64,000 nt of DNA from Blepharisma stoltei ATCC 30299 (GCA_965603825.1 CBFDEM010000037.1:124001-188000), one strand, 5' to 3'. Positions 9,701 to 20,624 are shown, counted from the first letter of the stretch. Numbers and translations are program-made. Notes: generated by a model not told the origin, from the letters alone.

Positions 9701-11704
9701 GTGCATATATGCATATTATCAAAAAATCTTCTATCTTTGCTGCAGTTATTCTATGGTTATTAGTTTCAATTCAAGTTATTTCATTTGCCAGTGAATTATG
9801 AATTAATAAGCCAGTTCCACCTGATCCTCTGTAGCCTACTATAGGTCCATTATTACCTATTCACACAAAACCATCAATATAAACTTTATCTTTTAATCAA
9901 GTTTCTGCTATTCCTAAGATAGTAATATCGTTTTCGATCATAACATTTCTTAATTGTCTTCGTGATAGATCGTCTTTTCCAATTCCTGAAATGTTGATGA
10001 ATCCAAAATTTTTTCTTATTATTTTTTCGCACAATCTTCTTGGATTTGGAATTATAATTTCCTCTTCAACTTGAACGGGTAGGACATTATTTTTTCTTAA
10101 GGGAGAATGGGTTATTTTCAATCATTTTTTTGGATCTGTGAGATTATCAGATGCTTCAATAAAGAGAATTGTGCATAGAGGTCTAATCATATCTTGGAAC
10201 ATTCTGCTCTCTAGTATTTGTATCTTTTTATTTTTGTAAATTTCTTTTTCATCTTTATTGATGAAAGGATTTTCAAACTTTTTCTTATTTTGGGTGTTAT
10301 AAATTGAAATCAAGGGTTCAACTATCAGTTTTTCTTTCTTTTCTTTTTTATGTAAGAATGGGTTTTCGATTTTAGAAACGTTTATTTCAGGAAAATCTGT
10401 CATCAAAGTGGATGAATTTATTTCTGATGATGGAGAAAGTTTTGGAGATTTGGAAGCAGTTTCATTATAGGATTGCGAGGATTCCTTAATAAGCTTTCAA
10501 TTTACATCTTCTCTTTCTGGTTCATTTTTCCTTATTGCTGGAGTCTTTTTAATTATAAAAATTTTTTTGATTGTATTTTTGTGATTTTCTTTTAGAATAG
10601 TTCTTCCTATGATTTCTATCGGCTTTATGATGCTCTTCTTTAGAGGAATATATGTCTTGATATCATAGTTGTAGGCATTAACTGGTTCATTATTCTGAGT
10701 TTTAACAGGAGGATGAATGTTTTTTTTGGGTGGCTTAATTGTTGAGATCTTGCGTGTTTTTAAGTTGTTTTCATATTTATTATCAGAGACTAAGTATTTT
10801 TGATCGATTAAATTTAAATTTCTTGAACCTTTCTTGACTTTCTTAGATTGCTTAATTCTTTTTCTTTTTTCTCTGATTTCAATAATTTTATCGTGGTTTG
10901 ATTCAAGGTGTCCGATTTCGTTACAAGTGTTGCATTGCATTGTTCCTGCGTGATTTAATCATACTGAGTTATTTCCTATTTTCAATATATCTGTGAGATC
11001 TAATGCTTGTTCTAGTGAATTAAATTCAGCATATATTGTGTATTTTGCTTCTGGTATAAAATTAAGACTGTGAAACTTGCCTTCATTTTGTATTGTGTTA
11101 TTCATAATTATTTCTTTTATATCGCAGATTTGCTTTAATGATTTAATTGTTTCCTCAATCGATATTCCAGGAGGTAATGTAAAATTAATCCGATACCTAT
11201 TGTAGTTGATTTCACCACCTAGTCATAAGATTCCGATTGGTATCATGATGTCTCTTCCTTTGTATTTTAATTCATATGTGATTTGATTCAGTAAATCTTG
11301 TTGTATTGATTTTTCTTTAGGAATCAGGATAGCATCTCCTGAAGGTAATCTATGACATCTTAGGATTGATTCTGGGGGAAATTTTTGGTTAACTGAGATG
11401 CAGAATGCTGAAAAGAGCTCTTTTTTCTTGTTTTGGTTGCAGTCTTTGAGAAATTTAGACAAATAAAATTTCACTGACAATTCTAAAAATTTGTTTTCTT
11501 CAAGCTCTGGTAGGAAATGAGTTGAGGAAGAGAAGCTGTAGATAACTTTGTCTTCTCCAAGACCAATGACAAGTTTTTCTTGTCCATTAGACAGAGAAGA
11601 GGGTGAGTTTGTACTTGCATAGAAAAAATTGTATGTCTCTTCAGGCTGTAACCTTATATGATATGTTTGCTCTGTCTCAACTAAGGCTTATCTCGAGGTT
11701 CCAT
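6782..11704 (-). mobile_element. Non-LTR (LINE-like) retrotransposon, single fused ORF: gag-like (RRM-like + Zn knuckle) - APE endonuclease - reverse transcriptase - CCHC; two frame disruptions
   Basis: With TGA=W all track fragments join. Motifs: YAEFNSLEQA (RRM-like), CNTCNEIGHLESNH; APE FINISG, GIAETW, GGTGLLI, IYAP, TF..IIDYI; RT KAPGPDNI, YRPITL, QHGF, FVDFSKAYDSV, GVRQGSAISPLLFNIY, YADD, YKYLG; CELCKVKETDKHILNEC; stop TAG at 6782-6784. Frame changes near 11683 and 9665. Element ends and TSD not identified. Confidence 0.92.
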
Positions 11705-12095
11705 TTATTTATAAAATTATAATTAAGCTTTTTGGCAGTATTCTTCCAGCATAATAATCCAAAGAGATATGGTGCTTAAAATTTGAATAATTTTCTCAAT
11801 GATTTAGAATTTAAATACTTTTACAATAAAATCAATATAAGCAAAATGATTAGATTACTTATATCCTTATTTTTTAAAATAATTGAGCCAGATTTTTAGC
11901 CTAAAGTCAATTATTAGTTATTATCTTAATATATTTTCTGATCTATAAACAATTAGAATTTTCACTCAAAAAAATATTATAAAATATTTTATTACATATT
12001 TATAATGAAAATATCGAAAATTAAAGCTGAAATTTAAAATACCTCAGAATTCATTCTGTATAATAACTCTTATGCCAAAATAAAAAAGCCGATAA

Positions 12096-13115
12096 ATGGA
12101 TAATACATACCCAGTTTTAAGATTCCAAAATTCAGACCCTGCTACCCCAACCCACACATCTCGGACCAGTGCATTACCCAAGCTAGGCTTACGTAGATCT
12201 TCTGAAAAGAACATATTCAGCAAGATCCTCTCTAATCCTAAAAATGCTACTATTAAGCCTCCATCAACTGCTGCAGCTACATTTTCAATTGACAAAACAA
12301 AAAGTCGGGATGAAGCCATTTACCAAAGAAATCTTCACAAGCCTCGAGTCACTGCCCAATCCTGAATTGTTATAGACGGTAAAAAAGGAAAAGTCTTATC
12401 TGGGAAAGATATAGATACCCCAAGAGAAATGGCAAGCTTGACAAAAATCATGACTTGCTATATTGCAATAACAGAAATAAATAGCAGAAATATGAGCTTT
12501 TATGACTTTGCGACTGTCTCAAAAGAAGCTGCTTCGATGGCAGGCACTTCTGCATCTTTACAAGCTGGTGACGAGATCACGCTCTGAGATCTCCTGCATG
12601 GCTTAATGTTACCTTCAGGTAACGACGCAGCAGTGGCTATTGCTGAGTACATTGGGAAAATAATAGATCCACAAAGTGTTAGTCCAATACAAACTTTTAT
12701 CAAAATGATGAATGAAACGTGCAAAATTTTGAAATTAAATGCGACGCATTTTACAAATCCTCATGGAATGTCAAGCCCAAATCATGTGTCTACAGCTAAA
12801 AATATAGCCAGTTTGGCTTTAAATGCAATGAATATTGCAGAGGTTAGAGAAATCGTACAGGCTGAGAGCTACAGATGTAAAGTGAAGAATGGGGGAAATA
12901 GAAGGGAAATCATTTGGTTTAATACCAATAGATTGCTGAAATTTGGGTTTTCTGGGTTAAAAACTGGGTTTACACCAAGTGCAGGGCCTTGCTTGTGCTG
13001 CTCTGTAGAAAAAAGAAGAATAAAAAGAATTATTGTTTTATTGAATTCAGTTTCTATGGAAAGCAGATGGAGTGAAGGGCTAGGGTTATGGAAGTGGAGC
13101 AGCAAGTATTTTTAA
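12096..13115 (+). CDS. Serine D-Ala-D-Ala carboxypeptidase-like protein (peptidase S11), paralogue 1
   Basis: Track ORFs 12096 and 12606 join through two in-frame TGA; motifs ASLTK (SxxK), SGND (SxN), FTNPHG, KTGFT; no signal peptide. Confidence 0.88.
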
Positions 13116-13260
13116 ACAAAAAAATGTAAATAGGAGCTAATCGATTTCTAGCTTTTAATTGATTTTAAATAGAATAGAATTTCAAAGTTATTTAATATAA
13201 ATTATCTATTTTAGCAGCAAAATAGAGCAGATAAAAATTAAATGTAATATAAACCAAAAA

Positions 13261-14439
13261 TTAGCTATCTAAGTCAGAAAATCTTCTATATCTTTTTGAA
13301 TTTTTGAAGGCTTCAAAAGCTGGCCTTATTGCAGAGTCAAAAATGTACCTCCTCAAATCATTAAATTCATCAGGATACAGCGTGCCTGATCTAGCTCTAT
13401 GCAGAGTTCCTTTAGTTAAAGCATCAAATAGCGCAGCAGGAACATCAATTTCATTATTTGTTATATATTTCCTTATAATCCCCTCCGCCAGACTATATGA
13501 AGTAGGGCAAATTTCGATAAATTTTTCTATCTCTAACAAACAATTTATGTAAAAAAAATTAAGACATTTTTTCTTTTCAATAAAAGAACAAAATGAATAA
13601 AAGACTTTTTTGCTTTCGAGGATCATTTCAGGCTCAAGAATCATAGGAAGGCATATTTCAGTCTGAATTGTTTCGTTTAATAGCACAATCAAAGTAGTCG
13701 CTAAAATTAATAAATTTCTTCCAGGAATTACTAAGAGATTGAATCAATAATAATCATCATTAGGAATAAAATTCGACGTCATCCCAATTGGCCAAATACA
13801 AAAGTAAAAGAGCATTTCAAATTTTCATTTAAGTCTTCCTCGTATTTTAGATAGCTTAATAAGAAATATTAGAAAAATCAATAATTCAATGATATTTCAC
13901 ACAGATCAGAATTGCATAAACAAACTTCGTGGGTAAACCCCAGATTTGCCTTGAGAATTTGATGAAAAGACGGCTCATATTAATAGAAAAAAAGGGATCA
14001 CAGAGCAAAGTGTCGTGTATATCAAGATCACCCTTAAATTTCATTTTCATGAAAGCCGCTTTTGCCTTACACTATAAGAAAGATAGTTATATTTCCCTAA
14101 TTCACGCTTTATTAAAACTGTCAATCTATACACTCGAAGAATATTTGAAATAAAGTGGCAATGATGAGCAAAAATAGAGATAGCAAAAAATTCTGCTGCA
14201 TATTCATAGACAAATAGTCCAAGAAGTTCTAAGTAACCTAAAGATTGAACTGTAGTAGCTTCAATAAAATTTGATATAATCAGTGTAATCAATATTTCAC
14301 GGCACCTAGAATAAACACTATGACTACTATGGGAACGAATAAACCTTATAGATCATATATAAAAAGTCACCATAAAAAGAGCTGATAGAAATCAAAACGC
14401 CATACAGTTTTCCTGATTTTCCTTGCAGTAATCATGCAT
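13261..14439 (-). CDS. Multi-pass membrane protein with C-terminal RGS domain (7TM-RGS-like), 392 aa
   Basis: Continuous ORF from MHDYCK at 14439 using 9 TGA-Trp; several hydrophobic segments, then an RGS-like region (FCSFIEKKKCLNFFY..IEKF..IIRKYI..EIDV..F..L..PAFEAFKNSKRY). Confidence 0.72.
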
Positions 14440-14527
14440 TGATGGAAGATTTTGTAATGTCTATATTAATAAATAATTACTGCTTACGTCATAATTTAAA
14501 TCGATAAAACAAAGCAAATAAATATTA

Positions 14528-15253
14528 TTAGCGCCTGGTAAGGCGCGATTTACTGACTCTCAGGTCTGAGCTGACAATTTTAGGGTCAATTGGTGAGTTG
14601 CTCACTTTGGAATCGTATGGACGAGGGCTTAGCATTCTTGACTGGGGCAGTTTTCGCTCTGTCTTAATGTCCCTCTCAGGGGAGTTAGCTCCACTTAATA
14701 AGATTTCGTTTCCATCCAAATGGCTTGGTCCTACAACCATTCAGTTTTTTATGGAAATCAAAGAAATTATGCTTAGACCTGAAGTATTTCTATTTGTAGT
14801 ATATCCATTTCTCATGCTTAAATCTTGCGATTTATCTATATTATGAATTCTTCTTAAATTTAGAGAATTCTTAAAGTATGGAAATGAATTTTTATCGTCA
14901 ACAGGCGACATTTCTGATTTTCATCTGAATTTTTGATCATTCATTTGGGAATTTAAATTGGTTTGGCTTTTGCTTGATTTTATATGTTGAGACTTTATTT
15001 CATTTCTTTGCTCATTTGGGTCTTCAAACATACTAAGCCAGTTTTTCTGAGACTTCCGTGGCACACCTTGCTTGTAGCTAGTTTTTTTAATCCTATTTTA
15101 ATTGTACACGTTTTGAATTTCTTTCTCAAAGTTCAGATTTATGAACCTTTCTCTGGTTTTGGATTCAAGAAATGATGGCTTTGTAATTGAAGTATTTTTT
15201 TTAAACATTTTACGTCTTGTTTTTATAGTTTGGGCTGATTTTTGTTTGATCAT
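14528..15253 (-). CDS. Hypothetical basic, Ser-rich protein
   Basis: ATG 15253; 15-nt intron GTACAATTAAAATAG (15093-15107) removes an in-frame TAA; two TGA-Trp; joins track ORF 14528..14740. Confidence 0.7.
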
Positions 15254-15634
15254 TTTGTTATAGCCTATAAAATAATGTATGCGATAAATTAGTAAAGTTA
15301 ATTTTTTTAAAATTATTCGAGATATAGTGCATTTGCAATTGAATATTTTATTACTGTATATCGTATTACTGATATAAATTGTATTTGATTGTAAGTTTAT
15401 ATAAATGGGCTAGTTATAAACTTTATTAATTTTTTAAAGTATTCTGCTATACTAAAATTTTCCTATATTCAGAATCCCTCTAGGGCACTTAATTAAGAGC
15501 AAATTTTACTAGATTGTCAAAGCCCAAAGAAGAAGCTGCAGCTGCCTTTTCACCTCAAGGGTGCAGCAAAAGTGTTTTCGACGCACACTTCAAAATCGAC
15601 TATCCGTTATTTGAGAGACAAATAAAATTAAAAT

Positions 15635-16150
15635 ATGATAGAGAATGAGGCAACTTACACTGAAGAGTTTTCAAACCCATACTATAGATTCCACTCCTCT
15701 ACAGTAGAAGAAACATCAAACGGAGTCTGAGTGCTTGGCCACAACTTTGTAGTATCTCTAACATTAAAATACGGCTATATCGACAAAATGCTGGCGAGAT
15801 CTCTTTCATTCAAAATTGAGCAAGAAATGAGAAAAGTTTCGAATTCCCTCCACCATAAAGTGCTAATTCCTGAGCTGAGTGATAAATTTACGACTAGTGT
15901 TGTAGATGATCATTATAGGCTTGACCTGAAAGAAAGCAAAGAGCACTATGCGTTCCCTGTTGGAGAATGCCAAATGATCCCTATAACGAACTGTTCTTTG
16001 AGAGAAATTTCAAGCTACTTTGGGAGAAGAATTTTGGAACTGATTGGGATTCAGGAATTTATAGCAGCTGGAGTTCGAAAGGTAAAAACTGAGATGAACT
16101 ATAATGGACAGACGAAGAAGGCATCGTCTACTTTTAGCATCGTTCAATAA
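15635..16150 (+). CDS. 6-pyruvoyl-tetrahydropterin synthase (PTPS/QueD, T-fold)-like protein with degenerate active site
   Basis: MIENEATYTEEFSNPYYRFHSSTVEETSNGVW(TGA)VLGHNFVVSL..LHHKVLIP..YAFPVGECQMIPITNCSLREIS; aligns along its length with apicomplexan-type PTPS as I recall it. Confidence 0.72.
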
Positions 16151-16437
16151 GAATCTAAATATAAAGAAGATTTTCAAAGTAATAAATATTGTCAGTTTAA
16201 TGTTAACTAAAATGTGCCATGTTTCTAAAAAAAAATTATTTAATATGCATAATTTTTAGAGCCAGAAGGGTTTGCTTATACTCTCTAGTAGTCTTTCTAA
16301 AAGTCAGCTAATCAAAATTTTGAAATTTATTAAACGAAATACTTTCTTAGCAAACGCCCAAGGACCTTAGCCATGCTTGCTGAGTTTATCTAGAACCCAT
16401 AAGCAAATTCTCAAAAAATAAAATTTAAAAAACAATA

Positions 16438-17890
16438 ATGGTTGAGTTCATTAACCAAATTTTCCAAAGTAAAACTAATGACAATTCACAGCCAAAAATC
16501 TTTGCAAATGACAAACAAAAAGTAAATTCTATCTAGAATCGAGCTAGAATTATTTTAGAGTCTTGCGGATTTGTTAGGGATCCATCCCGACCTTCAGTTG
16601 ATATGTAAAATCTTATTCAGAGGCCCAATAAGACCTCATAAACAGCAAAAACCATTGATAACAATCTCCTCAAATGAAGAAACGATAGACGCCTACAGCA
16701 CAATTTGTATTCGTTGTCAATCACAAGAAAAACTTTTTGATAAAGCAGGACATTTTGAGCACAGTGACATTCCATGTGGAATCTATACTTTTACAGTCCT
16801 GGACAAAATCTTATCAAAAATGCCAACTTTTTCTGTTCCAGTCCCCGAAACAATTATTTCTAACTGTAATTTTGATTTTCCTATGCTTATAAAAAATAAT
16901 GGGACGTTGCTAGAAATAAAGCCTTTTAAGCATGGCTTAAAAGGACTAAAAAATTTAGCCTTGGAAATGATGAGCCCAAATGACGATGATAATAATAAAT
17001 TTTCTTGTCCTAAAGTAATCATCAAATTTCCAGGAAAAATCAAAAGACTCATAAACAAGCTTAAAGAACTGCCTGAAAGCTGGCCTGAAACGAATCAAGA
17101 CGCAGTTATCCAGAGATTTATTAGGCCAAAAGGGCTGAGAGCTACTAAATATAGAGTAGTTTTAAAAGAAAATTCTAGCCCAAAAGTATATATTTTTACA
17201 AATCGAGATAGATTTGACAGCAGAAACGACCCAATTCCATATCATAAAAAAGCAAACTCCACATCATTTTATAATGAAAGCCAAATCTTGCATGAAATAA
17301 AGAGAACAGTAATAGACCACAAGCAAATTTTAAAACTTTTGCATTCAAATGAGATAAATCCTTTTTTGAGGTCAAAATCAACAGTGAAAATGCTTGATTT
17401 AACTCATACTCCTCCTGAAAAAATGAAAGTTTTTGAGCTTTTTAACAATGATTATGGGACAGCTCAGAAGAAAAAAGCCACGAAATTCAAAAGTATTACG
17501 ATGACAGCGAGGTTTACTACGGCAAATGAGCTAGAAAAATGTGATGTTTATGAGGGGAAACCGCAGAGCTATATGAAAATTATAGAAATAGCTACTCATT
17601 TGCAAGATAAAATCAATAAACTTGTGTTAAAAGACTATGTTTTGACTGAATTGGTATTGGATTTTCTGCAGGATCATAAAGGGAATTGGTATTTTTTGAG
17701 GATTGAGTATGGAAAAACTAAAGAAATTTTCAAAATGAAGGCTAAGCCGAAAACAAGGGAAAAGAACTTTTCAAGGCAAAATGATGAGAGTGCCTATTTA
17801 ACGACCGGATACACGTTTGGTGATACTAAAAGATACTCCATCTCAAGAAAGCGAACTCTTGACGGAAAACTAAATGTCACATGGCTCTAA
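16438..17890 (+). CDS. Hypothetical protein, possibly ATP-grasp-like
   Basis: ATG 16438; introns 16522-16536 (15 nt) and 16605-16620 (16 nt) restore the frame into the 439-aa track ORF; VIQRFIRPKG and LVLDFLQD..GNWYFL resemble ATP-grasp motifs (weak). Confidence 0.65.
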
Positions 17891-18187
17891 AGAAGGGCTT
17901 TTTATTGTCATTTTAATATTTTCTAAATTTTATATTATAATATATTTTCAAAAATCATCTCTTAAAACCCAAAACCTATAAAATATCGCATTTTTAAATT
18001 CCAAAATTTAGAACATTAAAAGCCAGACCAATTATTTAGCATCCTCATCCTGCAGCCTGAGCTGCAAAAATATCTCATTATTTGAAAATCATATAAAAGT
18101 AAAAACTCTTTAGTCCTTGCATAAAATAGTGCTTTGATCTTCACTAGATATTTGTTTAAGTCTATTTCCATATTTTAAGTGGATAAA

Positions 18188-18703
18188 ATGCCTCCAAAGG
18201 TTGAGACAACAGACGCTCCTCGATATGGTACTTTCTAAGTAGTTTTCTTGAAATCTGTTGGTGGTGAAGTCGGAGCTGCAGCTTCTCTCGCTCCCAAAGT
18301 AGGCCCATTAGGTTTATCTCCTAAAAAGATCGGAGATGATATCAAAGCAGCTACAGAAGCTTGGAAAGGCATCAAAGTTATGGTCAAGCTTACCATCATC
18401 AACAGGCAAGCAACTGTCGAAGTCGTTCCTTCAGCCTCTGCACTTGTCATTAAAGAACTAGCTGAGCCTCCACGTGATAGAAAAAAGACTAAAAATATTA
18501 AACACAATGGCAATCTGAGCTGGGACCAAATCAGGAATATTGCAAAAATCATGAGACCTCGATCTGGTGCTAAAACATTTGAAGGGACCTTAAAAGAAAT
18601 CGTTGGAACCTGTGTTTCAGTTGGCTGCACCATTGAAAAGAAGACCCCTAAAGAAGTCATAGCTATGATTGAAGGAGGAGAGTTGAATATAAGCGAGCCT
18701 TAA
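18188..18703 (+). CDS. RPL12: 60S ribosomal protein L12 (uL11)
   Basis: MPPK..; [29 protein letters not shown]; EPPRDRKK; 15-nt intron GTACTTTCTAAGTAG at 18228-18242. Confidence 0.97.
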
Positions 18704-19337
18704 ATAAACACTCTTTTTAAGCACATAGTTTTTAATTATTTATTTTTTTCTTTAAATTAAGCATTATACCATGCTTCTTAAGCAGTTAAAGACAAAAAGC
18801 TTATGTTAAAATAAATAAACTTCATTTATTGCTTATATTTAAAATTATGTTTAGTAAAAGCATGCTTATAATGAATTAGCAATTAAAATGGAATTTTTTA
18901 GAAACAGTTTTATTAATTTCAGATAAAGAAGCTTGATAGATGGTAAGTTTTTTTAATTTCTGTTACCATATTCCATTTTAAATTATAAATTTCTTCATGG
19001 ATGCCAATTTAGAGACAGATTGCAAGAAAACTTGCTGTGTGCTCTACTTATTAATTAGCAAAATAAAGCAGCTTGGCCTTCACTATCCATCAGCGATTCT
19101 GAAAATAAATTTATTTTGATATAAATTAGTTAGCTCATTTCATGTTTAACTCAAATCCAGAAATTTCGATTTTCATCAAACTCTGATCCATTTTTGCGAT
19201 TTATCCCCAAAGCCAAAGCCATAAATTCAAATTACTTCGACCTATGGCTAATTTTTTTTAAATTTTAGATTCTTTAGAGCTTAACTAAAATTTTTTAATT
19301 TGAACAAAAATTGACATTGTGTGAACATTAATTAGTA

Positions 19338-19523
19338 TTAAGGGTCATCTCCTGAAGGAAAAACTTCAGGGGTTAAAATTCGAATTCTGAACACCGTGCC
19401 TTGCACTCTGTAGCACTTGCCTTCAAAAAAGTCAGAACTGTCTTTTTTCATCAGACTAGTTGAGTCAAAGCTGTCTTTACCTGTAGAAAGCCTTCTTTCC
19501 TTTTGAGGAACTCCGCATCCCAT
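19338..19523 (-). CDS. Small putatively N-acylated protein (MGCG...)
   Basis: 61-aa ORF starting MGCGVPQK, a myristoylation/palmitoylation-like N-terminus. Confidence 0.5.
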   Translation of the reverse strand: MGCGVPQKERRLSTGKDSFDSTSLMKKDSSDFFEGKCYRVQGTVFRIRILTPEVFPSGDDP

Positions 19524-19616
19524 TTTATTATGAATCAATAAAATCCATGTTTTAATATCTCTATGATGTTAACTAACAGATAAATCAGAGATTATTTTTT
19601 CTAAAATAATTAATGC

Positions 19617-20624
19617 TTAGATATGAATAGTCTTGGATTTGAACCTATCTTTAATGATTCCTCCATTATCTGCAATCCACTGATTTACAATATCTCTAGC
19701 ATAAACATTGTTACTAACAATATAGTTGGCGTCCTTGATTCCAAGGTTGTAGTTGTAGTCTATTGAAACTTTGGTGAAATTCAGACAAATTGCCCCAAGA
19801 GAGGTGCTTGGCATTATGTAATATCTGAAATTAACGGTAGGATAAGCGCTGAGTGCCCAATAAAGCTCGAATAAGCCTTTGTCGTATTTTTTGATTGCGT
19901 TTGCTCTTTCATAAGCTTCGTATGCTTTCATGTTTGCGTTGGACTGATTAAGGGCGTAGTGGTGGTCTGAAAGCATGTCAACGATGATTTTTGAGTAGTC
20001 TCCAGTGACTGCGTAGCATCTTTTGACAGCTGAGTCAATATCAATTCCGTACACAACCATTCCATCAACGTAATTTCCTCCCATAAAGGACTGGAATGGG
20101 AAGAAAGCTGGGATAGAAGCAGAACAAATGCTCATTTCTATTGCGTTGTTAGCACCTGTCGTCTCATTATAATTGTCAAAGTGCCCTGTGTTCAAATTGG
20201 TGGTCCCAACTGTGATGTTTCTTTGGAATTTTCCGCTCCAATTCTTCTCCATAAGTTTTCTCAATGGTGAGTTGTCGACAAGGCCTCTTTCTACAGTGAG
20301 TCCTGTGATAATCCCACCAGGCCAGTCTACATAAACTGATGAAGAGCCGTTGATGCTGTTCCATAAATTCGTGAGAGCAGCAGAGGCTTGTATTTCTTGG
20401 CCCATTGGATATTGAGCAATCATGAATGAACTTAAAGAGCCGACTGAAACACCTGCTACTGCATTGTATTGTGTCTCTTGGGCTGGCAGCATTTTTAGAA
20501 GTTGGGCAAATGCTCCTGCTTCATATGCTCCAAAGCTTCCTCCACTGCATAATGCAAGCGCTCTGCAATACTGATCTGCGTGAACTCCAGCAATGCTGGC
20601 GAATAAAAAGGTCACCCACCACAT
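19617..20624 (-). CDS. Secreted patatin-like phospholipase
   Basis: Signal peptide; SGGSFGAY, GVSVG (GxSxG), SASIPAFF, YVDG. Confidence 0.9.
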   Translation of the reverse strand: MWWVTFLFASIAGVHADQYCRALALCSGGSFGAYEAGAFAQLLKMLPAQETQYNAVAGVSVGSLSSFMIAQYPMGQEIQASAALTNLWNSINGSSSVYVDWPGGIITGLTVERGLVDNSPLRKLMEKNWSGKFQRNITVGTTNLNTGHFDNYNETTGANNAIEMSICSASIPAFFPFQSFMGGNYVDGMVVYGIDIDSAVKRCYAVTGDYSKIIVDMLSDHHYALNQSNANMKAYEAYERANAIKKYDKGLFELYWALSAYPTVNFRYYIMPSTSLGAICLNFTKVSIDYNYNLGIKDANYIVSNNVYARDIVNQWIADNGGIIKDRFKSKTIHI

